Source of the DNA: Squalus acanthias
Taxonomy: Eukaryota
Assembly: GCA_030390025.1 (NCBI GenBank)
Contig: CM059447.1
Span: 19,468,001-19,532,000 of the forward strand
Direction of reading: 5' to 3'
DNA length: 64,000 bases
In this document: positions 1-10,977 of the stretch, in pieces
How positions within the stretch are numbered: the stretch's first letter is position 1
Layout: the number at the start of each line of letters is the position of its first letter
Notes under the pieces: model-generated
Database searches by the model: none
Told to the model about the DNA's origin: nothing
Seen by the model: only the letters and a program-made list of their open reading frames with translations
Program-made: the position numbers and the translations under genes

Positions 1-110
1 TGCACATTAACTCCCAGGTCCCTCTGTCCCTGCACACTCTTTAAAATTGTGCCATTAAGTGTATATTGCCTTTCCCTGTTCCTTCTGCCAAAATGCATCA
101 CCTCACACTT
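1..110 (-). mobile_element. CR1 LINE ORF2 fragment, cut by the window edge
   Basis: Minus strand translates as KCEVMHFGRRNRERQYTLNGTILKSVQGQRDLGVNV; nearly identical to the reverse complement of 61565-61625. Confidence 0.88.
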
Positions 111-111
111 C

Positions 112-290
112 TGTGTGTGGACATTGGGTGAGTGCAGAATTGGGCTCGGCAGTAATGCACAATGCAGTTGAACAACATGCTAACACTCATCGCCAATGCT
201 CACACACGAATAATGATCACTTGGCTGGGGTACCAGAGGGGACCCAGCACCCCTGCAATTGTACTCTAGCAAGGGGGAGGGGAGGAGGAA
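112..290 (+). mobile_element. AmnSINE2-like ancient SINE, 3' part
   Basis: Similar to the copies at 52260-52560 and (reverse) 58985-59300; family name from recalled consensus. Confidence 0.5.
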
Positions 291-741
291 AAAAATTAGC
301 GAGCTTTTTTCTAAATATCAAAAAAGATGCAACAATGAGTTTTTTTGTACAATTCCCTTTCCTTTCATATTTCGGATGAATTCTTGTGCAGTCATAAGAT
401 TTGATCTTTGGCATCAATGGGTGATTTTTGCAGAAGCTGTCAGCTCAGTCACCCTGTGTGCTCCAACAATGAGTTTTTATGGTAGATCGCTTGAAGGAAG
501 TTGTTACTGGTGTGATTCAACCATATGATGAGCTAAATAATTAAAGTGGTGTTGAAGAATTGCTAGAAAAGATTCTGAAATATTGAGAAACAATAATTGG
601 TATAACAAAATACTGGCATTTTGAAAACACTGAGAATTGACAGCCCTGACATCAAGTTTGATTTCTAGCACTTGTTACTCAAAATGATTTTGGAAAAATT
701 AAAAATTACATATGTGATTGAACAAGGTGTAATATTTTAAT

Positions 742-858
742 AATAAATAAAAACAGAAAATGCTGGAAATACTCAGCAAGTCAGGCAGCATCTGTGGAGA
801 GAGAAACAAAGTTAACGTTTTAGGTCGATGACCCTTCGTCAGAACTGGGTATTTATTT
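742..858 (-). mobile_element. Penelope-like element 3' terminus, short insert with 12-bp TSD taatattttaat (730-741 / 859-870)
   Basis: Nearly identical to 62655-62752, which continues into a GIY-YIG coding fragment. Confidence 0.8.
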
Positions 859-1039
859 TAATATTTTAATGGTTGAATTGCTTTGGAATTGTGTATCTGA
901 TTCCCAGTAGTAACAGCAGTGACTGTAAACAGCAGCATGCCTAATTTCACAGAAAGTACAAGCGGAAGGTAGAACTTGCAGAGGTCATCGCACCAATTTC
1001 TCTTTCAACCTGTTTTTATAGTTAAAATTCAAGAATGGG

Positions 1040-1420
1040 GAATTGGGCGGACTTGCACTTTTGGAACCTGGGTTCAAATCCAGCCAGACTGCTGGGATAC
1101 TCTGACTACTGTTGTAAACGGCCCATGTGAAATGAGTTTGGGCAGTCGCAGTCTAGGTGCTAGTGGGCATGGGCCTACAGCACAGAACTGTCGCTAATTC
1201 AGTGCTAATTGGCAATGTCACTCTGATAGGTCTAAAGGTGGTTGGTGAGAAATGGAAAAATTCCACACTGATGCAACAGGGGCGCTGTACTGGGGTTTAT
1301 ACAGAGTCTGGGGAGCTTTATTCTGCATCTGGCTGAGCTTGATACCAACACTGGGTAAAAATAAAAAGTGTCCATTCCTCAGCACTAGCATTCCTCTCCT
1401 TGATGACCACAAATATATAC
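1040..1420 (+). mobile_element. LF-SINE-like ancient tRNA-derived SINE
   Basis: B-box GGGTTCAAATCCAGCC, then ggcccatgtgaaatgagtt, ctagtgggca and gtgctaattggca, collinear with the recalled LF-SINE consensus. Confidence 0.65.
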
Positions 1421-2463
1421 ATGAATGTGGGTACAAAGAACTAATCACACCTTATTTATATGTCCTTGCGCATTTCCATTAAATCTATCATTTAAAAAAT
1501 AGAATTAATTTTATATCTAATAACTATATGACAAGAAGGAAGCATAGACAGTACTTTATCAGAATTGATTTCTTATAACTTTTAGCATTAATAAGTATGC
1601 TTGTATAATGCAATATGTATGAATTTTAGATGTAGAACATATTATTGGTCTGTTTATTACAAACAATATACATTTTTAGTACAATTTCTTAGAAAAATAT
1701 TTACATTAAAAGGAACTCTATAAATAAAATCATACATCCCATAACTGAGAAACAAGTCTATCATTATTAATATTACAATGAATAATGTGCTAGTGTAGTT
1801 GATACAAACACCTCAGCTCCCTCTTCTACAATAAGTCTCTTTGAAATGCAAGTCTTGAAAGGACAAAGTTCAAGCAACTTGGTTCACTTTTAAGTCTGTT
1901 TGTTTGTTCCTGCATCCAGGGCTTTGTTTCAGTTGTGAATTGAATTATGCTGAGGTTAAAATGAACCCACCAATCATTCCACAAGATTAACGGTTGTTTA
2001 CTGTTACCATGACACTGTCACTCTTATATTAGCATTTGTACTTTGTACTGCTGTCTTTGGGCACTGTTTCCAGAACCATTTAATTGGCACGTTTACTTTA
2101 TCTTCTGAATGCCAATGGGTGCGGAAATAATGAAAAATGCAGTACAAAGAAATGAGGATTTTCCATTGAAAGACAATCCATTATCACTGATAATTTAAAA
2201 TATGTAGATTATCAACGTCCTTCTGAACTACCCCAAAATAACAGTGTTAGCCAAGAACCTGTACACATGACACTATGGCTTGAGCAGTAGTAACTGCTTC
2301 TTCAAAAACTAATAAGAATACATTTCCTATCATGGACTTTGTGTTTTGCAGTCATCTTGCTATAAGGACGATATTGTTATTACTTAGCTGAATTGTTAGA
2401 TTGGAAATTGCTTTCACAAACTTCTGGGCCTCACACAAGTCCCTTCATTAACTGTGGAATAAA

Positions 2464-2790
2464 AAGAAAGACAGACTTGCATTTCTATAGCGCCTTTCAC
2501 AACCACCGGACGTCCCAAAGTGCTTTACAGCCAATGAAGTACTTTTTGAAGTGTAGTCACTGTTGTAATGTAGGAAACGCGGCAGCCAATTTGCACACAG
2601 CAAGCTCCCACAAACAACAATGTGATAATGACCAGATAATCTGTTTTAGTGATGTTGATTGAGGGATAAATATTGGCCAGGACACCGGGGATAACTCCCC
2701 TACTCTTCTTCGAAATAGTGCCATGGGATCTTTTACATCCACCTGAGAGAGCAGACGGGGCCTCGGTTTAACGTCTCACCCGAAAGATGG
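2464..2790 (-). mobile_element. Deu-domain SINE (SacSINE1-like) with L2-type tail, 5' truncated
   Basis: Deu core gtaaaagatcccatggcactatttcgaagaagag in reverse orientation; tail aggcgctatagaaatgcaagtc; multicopy in this window. Confidence 0.85.
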
Positions 2791-3103
2791 GTAGAGACAA
2801 CGTGCAGCACCACCACCAACTGGGAGAACAAAGGTCTAGCCTGCTGTTCCCACTCAGAGAGTTCCTAATTTTGGTTATATTGTTGGGAGGTCAGCAACCT
2901 GTCCCTTGGAAGGGGGAGCGGTAAGACAGGTGAAACTAGTGGTCAAAATAATCATTCCAGGCAAACTTCCTGCAAGAGCAGCACTGGCTGAGTTTTACAA
3001 GAATGTGCCTTCTCACCCTTACGGTGAGGTGTATGGTCTAATGGGAACTAAAGGAATGCTTAAAAAGAAAGTTAAAATGCTCCAACTCAAACAGAAGCCT
3101 TCA

Positions 3104-3234
3104 TCTGAGTCACACAGACCAGGAAGCTGCAGGGTCCATCCCATGTCTGTGCTGAGTTCGCAGATCTGAGGTGGGACAATGATAGGAGCACGTTATCCCT
3201 AGATTAGGACAGGTAGAAAAAATATCTCCTCGTG
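3104..3234 (+). mobile_element. AmnSINE2-like SINE, 5' half (continues at 4952)
   Basis: ctgagtcacacagaccaggaag...tctgtgctgagtt...gatct; aligns with the 5' part of the copies at 52260 and 58985-59300. Confidence 0.6.
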
Positions 3235-3344
3235 CAGGGGTTCTCAAACTTTTTGCTTCCGAGGCCCCCGTCCCGTTTTAAAAATTCCACGGATCCCCTG
3301 TAACACAACACAAGTATTTTTTCTGTATAAAAATGATTGAGTAA

Positions 3345-3470
3345 GGGGTTTTCTCCTGAGGTTGGGGAGGACAAGCGGGCTTATTGTTATACTGTGTCTG
3401 ACTAGGGAGTGTTCAATAGTTCATTTCTCCAGTCCTAATATCCCTCTCCTTAACATGCATAAAAATTCAT
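3345..3470 (+). mobile_element. LF-SINE-like 3' fragment
   Basis: Resembles the 3' ends of 1280-1415 and 12190-12335. Confidence 0.45.
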
Positions 3471-3770
3471 CAATAATATATGTATTTTTGTATTTAAAAT
3501 AAAAGATAGGAAAAATGCAAAGTTACTGTATGGGTATGAGTTACCAGCCAAGGCTGGCTACATTAATTTGTGTTCACACCATCAAGTCTGGGCATGATTA
3601 GAATGCAGAAGCAATGTGCTAACCCGCAGGACCTGGACTGCATTGTCACCCCTGCCCAGGAAGAGGGGCAGGTGGCAAATCAGGCTCTTTTGTCGGCCAT
3701 CTAGGCCCACAACAGCAAAATAATTGAACTGCCAACAGGTGTAACATTCCAGTTAACATTCCCGTTAATT

Positions 3771-4246
3771 TGTGTCAGCCAGTGACTCAGTGGGTAGCAC
3801 TCTCGCCTCTGAGTCAGAAAGTTGTTTGTTCAAGTCCCATTCCAGAGACTTGAGCACAAAAATCTAGGCCGACACTCCAGTGCAGCACTGAGAGAGTGCT
3901 GCACTGTCGGAGGATGCTACCTTTCGGATGAGAAGTTAAACCGAGACTTTGTCTGCTCTCTCAGGTGGACGTAAAAGATCCCATGGCACTATTTCGAAGA
4001 AGAGCAAGGGGGTTCTCCCCGGTGACCTGGCCAATATTTATCCTTCAATCAACATCACTAAAAAACAGATTATCAGGTCATTATCACATTGCTGTTTGTG
4101 GGAGCTTGCTGTGCGCAAATTTGCTGCCATCTTTCCTACATTACAACAGTGACTACACTTCAAGAAAGTATTTCATTGGCTGTAAAGTGCTTTGGGACGT
4201 TCGGTGGGCGTGAAAGGCGCTATATAAATGCAAGTCTTTCTTTTTT
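3771..4246 (+). mobile_element. Near full-length Deu-domain SINE (SacSINE1-like)
   Basis: tRNA-like head (gactcagtgggtagcac...gttcaagtcc), Deu core and L2-type tail gaaaggcgctatataaatgcaagtctttctttt. Confidence 0.88.
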
Positions 4247-5007
4247 TAATTCAGACTCAATCAACCAGAGATCTTACCGAGTTTGGACTGTATCCGCAAA
4301 CGAGCCTCCCCCCCAAAAAAAACATCCGCTGGTCGATTTCAGTTTATGAAACTGATGAGAATTCCCATTTGAAAAGTGTTTTTAAAGGAGCTCTATATGC
4401 AAGAGCTTGCCTGGGTGTCAGTGCTGTGTCAGTACCTCGCTCCCAACCGGTTCTCCATCTCTTCCCTCTGCTTTGCCGCTCGGAGCCTGGACGACTCATG
4501 GATTCGATGTGCTGCAACTCCACCCGGAAAAAGCCGACAGTCTCAGTCTCAGCCACCCAGAAGAACCTTGCTGTCCCGAACTTTTCGCTGCTCCTATCCT
4601 GTCAAATTTCAAATCCAAACTTTGCTCATGTCAACCATTCCCGCTTCCGACTACACTCCGCTTTCCTTTTCAAATTTTTAAGAAATCATAAGAACTTTTT
4701 TTGTTTGCTTTTCCTGCTTCCAACTCGATTTCTTCAGTTCTTAGTTGTTTTTTAAAAAATTATTTGGAGTCGGTGGGGTCAGTCACTTCCCTGCTACAGG
4801 ATACATCTCATCTTCGTGTGTTACTAATTATAAATTGCTCAGATGGGACTCCACAGGGGAAAGTATTGCTCAGAGCTTGTTTTTGGGAGGACCCCTTGAA
4901 ACCCCCTCGCACGCCCCTGGGGGGCCGCGGACCCCTGGTTAAGAATCCCTGACCTAGAGCTCCTACTTCTGATTGCTATACGGTGACCTCTACTGGAAAT
5001 CCTTATG

Positions 5008-5204
5008 ATGTGGAGATGCCGGTGTTGGACTGGGGCGGACAAATGTGAGAAGTCGCACAACACCAGGTTATAGTCCAACAGTTTTATTTGAAATCACAAG
5101 CTTTCGGAGCTGCTGCTCCTTCGTCAGGTGAAATCTTCACCTGACGAAGGAGCAGTGCTCCGAAAGCTTGTGATTTCAAATAAAACTGTTGGACTATAAC
5201 CTGG
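5008..5204. mobile_element. Penelope-like fold-back insert (arms about 5063-5132 and 5136-5204), 13-bp TSD ggaaat(c/g)cttatg
   Basis: Inverted repeat read directly; same family as 59510-59747; TSD at 4995-5007 and 5205-5217. Confidence 0.8.
5137..5173 (+). ncRNA. Minimal hammerhead ribozyme motif (second copy on the minus strand at 5094-5131)
   Basis: tcac CTGACGA a GGAGC agt GCTCC GAAA GCTT gtga: conserved core, stem II, palindromic stem III (AAGCTT), stem I tcac/gtga. Confidence 0.7.
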
Positions 5205-5639
5205 GGAAATGCTTATGTGTGACAGCAGATGAAGACATGAGGTTGAAGCCCTTCATTATCACATAGCCTGTCAGTGCTCACTGTCAAAACTCGCATCTAA
5301 ATTTTACTAAATATCTGGCATCCTCTTCATTGACACCTTCTATGTAAATATTTCCATTGGGAATTCCAATGTTAAAATGTCAACATTAATCTTTTACTTC
5401 CCGGTAACCATTACCTGCCACCCCACCAAGTGGTAACTCCATTGGGCATTTCAAGGCTCAATGAGAATACTGACCTGTCACTAATATCCATCATGCCACT
5501 AAGTGGTACTGTAATTTTTTTCCCCCCACAATCATTGAAAATGCTTTTTAAAATCATCTGCCATTTATTCCTCAATAACTGAACTTTCTATTGTCCAAAA
5601 TATACTTTTAAACAAAATTAAAAAGGCATATTTCTCAAT

Positions 5640-5815
5640 ATTTTATATAGCGCCTTTAATGTAAAGAATACATCCCAAGGTGCTTCACAGGAGTGTATAA
5701 AACAAAATTTGACACTGAGCCACATAAGGAGATATTAGAGCAGATGACCGAAAGCTTGGCCAAAGAGGTAGGTTTTAAGGAGCGTCTTAAAGGAAGAGAG
5801 GTCAAGAGAGGTAGA
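5640..5815 (-). mobile_element. L2-type LINE 3' end
   Basis: Reverse complement of the tail at 17250-17403; also matches 50153-50330. Confidence 0.8.
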
Positions 5816-6174
5816 TAACATGTAATTCATCCATTGAATTTTTTTGTCTCTTTCAATACCTTCGTTAGTCTCAAAAGCCCAGGCTTCGACTAGATACTGT
5901 TACAACAGTTAAGAGAGCTTTCAATCATGTCTTTACGTCCTCGGCATATACATCCACAGAATTTCCCAGCATGTAATCTGCATCACCAGATGTTGAAGGG
6001 TACGCCTTCCCATCTAGTGAGAATTTGAGAGTTTCTTTGCTTTTTCCAAAACACTTAGAAAGAAACTGGAGATTAAATTCTTAAAGCATTTATTTCAGGC
6101 AATTGAACAAAGTTTATATAAAATGGCTTTTTGCTATGAATTCCTTACAAATACCACCTGTATATCTAATACTA

Positions 6175-6475
6175 CCAGGAGAACTGGTACAACTGGGCAT
6201 AGATTTAAAGTAATTGGTAGAAGGATTAGAGGGGAATTGAGAACTTTTTTCACCCAGAGGGTGGTGGGGGTCTGGAACTCACTGCCTGAAAGGGTGGTAA
6301 AGGCAGAAACCCTCATCGCATTTAAAAAGTAGCTAGATGTGCACTTGAAGTGCCGTAACCTACAGGGCTGCGGACCAAGAGCTGGAAAGTGGGATTAGGC
6401 TGGATGGCTCTTTTTTGGCCGGCACAAACATGGGCCGAATGGCCTCCTTCTGTGCCGTAAATTTCTGATTCTACA
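6175..6475 (+). mobile_element. CR1 LINE 3' end
   Basis: Encodes TTGHRFKVIGRRIRGELRTFFTQRVVGVWNSLPERVVKAETLIAFKK; tail gggccgaatggcctccttctgtgccgtaa. Confidence 0.9.
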
Positions 6476-7250
6476 ACACCCCTGTTCTTGTAAAATCTCT
6501 GACTCAGTCAGCAAAGCAACAGCAGATCTACCAGTATGAATTATGGACACAATTGAAATACTAAAGGATGACTGGCATCTACGGAACTATACCCAGTGAC
6601 AGAGTGAATGTCAGGATAGAAAAGGAGGGAAGAATATTGAAAAAGGGAAAATCATTTTGATTACTCAACTTTTAAGTAAAAGATCATTCGTTGAAGCCAT
6701 ACTTCACAATCTTTAGGCAATTATGTCTCTGACTAGTAGAAATTGTACCACTTACTCCTTTTTAAAAAAAACTGATGAAAGTTAGAATACACTTTCTGAA
6801 CAACAAGCAGTTACATTTTTGCATGGAAAGGTAACATTTTAAGTTAGTGACTACTGTTCATGAAAAAAATGTTTTGTGCCCCAAGATATAAATCCCAAAT
6901 TAGCCTGACTGTTTTAAATCTTTGGATTATTCTTGTCCCCTTCCTGCAAAAGCAGTCGCTTCAGCAGGGGTATCAATTTTAAGTCTAATTTTTCATAAAT
7001 GCAAGAACATTTACAATATGGAGCAGAGTTTTGGAACTAGATCACATGGATACTTAAAAAAAAGTATACCACCAAATCAAATGTTGTTACAAGTTAGATT
7101 TGAAACACATGGAAATGTGTGCACTATTTGCAAAAAAAAATTGGAGACAGTTAAAAGAAGGGAGGATGACAAAGTGTGGTGTATAGAGTATAAAAAATGT
7201 TGAGTGGTCTTGGGTAGCTACCTTGATCGTAAAAGGAACCACTTGAGAAC

Positions 7251-7656
7251 TAGGTGTCAGCCTGTAAGTCAGAAGTCTGAAGTTCCACTCCAATCACAAT
7301 CTTGGCTGACACTTCAGTGCAGTGCTGAGTGCTGCACTATCAGAGGTGCTGCTTTTCAGATGAGATGTTAAATTGAGGCTCTGTCTGCCTGTTCAGGTGA
7401 ATATAAAAGATCCCATGGTACTACTCAAAGAGGAGCAGGAGTGTTCCCCTCGTGACCTGATCACCACTTATTCCTCAATCAACATTGCCAAAAAAAATTA
7501 TCTGGCCATTTATCTCAATGCTGTTTGTGGGAACTTGCTGTGCAAATTGGCTGCTACATTTCCATTACAACCATGGCTACACTTCAAAAGTAGTTCATTG
7601 TGAAGTGCTTCGAGATGTGGTGAAAGGTGCAATACAAATGTAAGGTTTTCCTTCTT
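7251..7656 (+). mobile_element. Deu-domain SINE, diverged
   Basis: Core taaaagatcccatggtactact; collinear with 3771-4246. Confidence 0.8.
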
Positions 7657-9768
7657 TACAAAGGCTTGAAATAAGCACAGCACAAAATATTTTGGCAGCA
7701 AAGTAATACTTTACAAATGTCATCTAATCCAGCATATGCAAAATGGTAATCCCTATTGAGGATTCTTCTCCATCCTCATAAATGGAGCGTTTGTTGAAGG
7801 AAACTTGTTGAGAACTATTGAAAGATGCTCAAAGCAGTAGCCGTGTTTGCATTAACTGTAAAAGATGGGATTAAAGCTGCAATTTCTGGATTAGTATTGA
7901 TTAAGCAATTTGTGGACAATTTGTAGGCATTTCTCTTATAGAAGGAAAAGTTATGGTTTAAATCAGTCATTATTTGTGAGGATTCTAATATCGCAATTTT
8001 ACACATTAAAAAAATATCACAAGGTCAAATCACAAGGTTTGCTCCAACAGCACCATTATTCTATATGTGGACAGACTGAGAAGGCCACAGTTGCTGATTC
8101 CTGTCCATTTGTAGCCTGGCTCCATTTCCCCACAGGCAGTGTGTTTTAGTGTTCATTAATTCATTGGACTGAATACAAACATGTGACCGTTCAGAGGTAA
8201 ACGTTCCCTTTTCCCAGTTTGAATGAACATCCCGATCAACAAAGCAGTGTTACACTTTTGTAGAAAATGGCAACCATGGCCTAAGCACTACGGATAACCA
8301 GCAGATATAAAGGCAGGTTGATAGCTTCTGCATTATTGCAAAAAGATATAGCTTAGGAATGTCTGTATGCTTAGTTATCTTGAAGAAAAAATGCTATGTG
8401 GTAAGATTAGTGTGCCCCCAGGGAGGAGTATATTCCAGGTATATTTAGGTTTGTTTAGTTTATATTCTGCACCTTAGGCTAATTGAGTTGCACGAAGGCA
8501 AAAGACATTGTAAAGATTAGGTGTGGACTTCAACCAGGGAGTAGAGTACTAACTGAACTATATCAAAATCACAGAAATAAAAGGAGGTAGTTAACAAGAA
8601 TGGATTTAAATCATTTTAATCTACCAGTCAGTATCTGGTATTTACTGTTTCTTAGAAGAGTTCATGTAACTTGCTTTGATTAGATACAAGTCTTCCACCT
8701 TGCTGTAATTAAGTTAGCTATCTTAATATACAGCAGACCTCGAAAGATATGAGCATCTTGTGCTGGGAGGTGTTCATACATCAAATAGCCGACAAGTCTT
8801 AGCAATGATTAACCAAGGATTTAATTTGTGGTCAGTGTTTCAATTTACTATAAACATACTATAAATGTTACACTACAATGTAGATCACTGAAGAGCAATA
8901 ATGCTTACGTACAACACGGTAATCTGATCAGTTTGTAACTTTGAAGTTTCTACTTTACTGTTAATCTTAAGGTTTTTCTAATCAGTAAATTTACCTTTGT
9001 AAACTGGTATGTCTTTTATTATTTAATTGTGACAGACATTTTAATATTGCTGCTAGATACTGATTAGCAAACGTGTACATGATTACACGAATAAACTTGT
9101 TAAATGCATTAAAATGTAAAGAAACTTGAAATTGCCTTTTTAAAGAAAAAATCTATGAAAATGATTAGCACAATACAGAAATCCTATATACAGGAGACAA
9201 TTGTCACTAATCAAACAGCAGCTATCTTGTGGGGCTAGGCTGACTCAAATTAGACAGTTGACTCCACAATACACTCTGGCCAGAGAAAACAGATCATCAG
9301 CATCCAAATGTTAGTTAAATTATGTTAAATAATGGGGCGATTTTTTTTGTATATTAAAAAGCTGAAAACCAGTTTAAAATTATGGTCCCTCACCAATTGC
9401 TTGATAACTAATACCCACTTTTAAGTGGAAATTTTTCCACATCAATCTGCTTTTTATCATGCAGATGAAATGTTAATCTAGGTGTTGGGAGATGTGTTCT
9501 GTATATTGAATAACCATTTGGAGGCTGGACTTTTCCTTGAGATTGAATAAAACTGTTCAAAGTTCCAATTATAAATTTATCCACGATTCCAATAAAACCT
9601 GATTAAACTAGACAATTCTTTAGAGAATGCAAAGGACTTGAGGCTATAATTGCAAGGGGCTTATATAGTACACACTCCATTTGTTTCCAAACTTCAACGG
9701 AATTACAAAGATGCCCCCAACTTTGAATTTTAGAGCAAGACAGAGAACCCATTACAAGTCATTATGAA

Positions 9769-9774
9769 TTTATT
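9769..9774 (-). terminator. Candidate distal polyadenylation signal AATAAA
   Basis: Minus strand reads ...gtactttaaaaatgtaAATAAAttcataatg with upstream UGUA elements. Confidence 0.55.
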
Positions 9775-10971
9775 TACATTTTTAAAGTACACAAATACAG
9801 CTGCAATACAAATAGGTTACCAGTATTCTGTTACCATTACACAGGATATACACAGACATTCTACAGAGGGGGAAAAAAAAACAGCCACCCAAGGTCACGG
9901 TGGTTCATTTGTGTGAAAGAAAAATTGGAAGAGTCCGATGTCTTGGAGGCACCATCAGTTAGACAAATTGGTTGCAGGAAGGAAACATTGATTCTCAAGT
10001 TTCTCCCAATACAAACCTTATGGGAAATATTAATTTAACCACAGACATTACAAAAAAACCCCACAGGACTGTTGAAATGAAGGGAAGAATGCAGTAACGC
10101 CAGTTCTAGCTGTGCTCCTGTTCAACATGTCAGTGCGCATGCGTCAACAGTAAGGCTTTTCTGACATTTAGCCAGATACCCTTTCATGCTGCCCACCCAA
10201 GAAGCTGATGTGAAATACAAGTATGGCTGCTACAAAAAAGGAAATGGGCTGTGCATTTGATGAAACAGACACACATCTACGAGTTAGGCCGTAGTTCTTC
10301 CATTCCCTCAGTGTGCTACCTGGAAGCTATATTTATAGCATGTTATAATATTCCATTTTAGGCGGAATCCCAGTTAGCTTTCAAAAAACCTTCAAGCTGG
10401 ATTCACTACCGCCACGTGTAAACATTTTGAAAACCAAGAATATGTATTGAAGCATGCGCATTGGAATGTAAAAATTCATCAGCCCCTAAGCGCTAATGGC
10501 AGAATTCACATTTTTTACTGTACAAGTCCTTCACAGCTCTTTGTTTGAAAAGCTTTTCTACACCTAAGTGATTAATGGAGATGCTATAACTCCTTAGGCC
10601 AGGGAACCCCAAGAGTAAACTCTGTACCAACACTAATCAGACACTATTTTTAAAAATAACGGTCACCAAAACACAGCTTTACCTTTACTTTTTACTTTAT
10701 TCTTCCACATTTTGATTTTTAAGGTCACATTTTTTGTTCGGCCTTGGCACTGCCATTTTATTCCACATTGCTTCTGCCAGATAAGTTGGCACTTGGCAGC
10801 TCTTCCATAAGATACAAAATGGTCACTGGCACCAATGATCATTCTGCTTTTAGTATGATAAAAAATAAAATGTGGAAGTTAAAAGTCTTGCAAACAACCT
10901 AGATACTAAACCAAAAACAATTAACTGATACAGTGTGCTACCAAAAAAAAGGGAACATTTTTAAACTCAAG

Positions 10972-10977
10972 TTTAAT
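10972..10977 (-). terminator. Candidate proximal polyadenylation signal ATTAAA
   Basis: Minus strand tgtATTAAAc, followed by U-rich and GU-rich tracts (ccctttttttt, tgtttttggttt). Confidence 0.4.

Larger units (their letters stand above)
3235..4951. mobile_element. hAT (Charlie-like) TIR-bounded non-autonomous unit, 1717 bp
   Basis: Left end CAGGGGTTCTCAAAC, right end (reverse complement) CAGGGATTCTTAACC, 12/15 match; GC-rich subterminal motifs; degenerate 8-bp TSD tcctcgtg / acctagag. Confidence 0.6.
4952..5300 (+). mobile_element. AmnSINE2-like SINE, 3' half (interrupted by the Penelope insert at 5008-5204)
   Basis: ctcctacttctgattgctatacggtgacctctactggaaa...atagcctgtcagtgctcactgtc continues the 3104-3234 fragment. 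Confidence 0.6.

Noticed and set aside
2393-2742. Recurrent short ORFs such as MDVKDPMALFRRR and [12 protein letters not shown] (also near 3965, 34829, 61052)
   Set aside because: These are translations of the non-coding Deu-domain SINE, not a gene family.
3775-3850. tRNA gene (also 61480-61553 and 11884-11955)
   Set aside because: The A/B-box-like motifs are SINE heads; no complete cloverleaf.
1-9700. Coding exons of SLC16A3, the human 3' neighbour of CSNK1D
   Set aside because: No monocarboxylate-transporter-like translation was seen in any frame, so no neighbouring gene is called.
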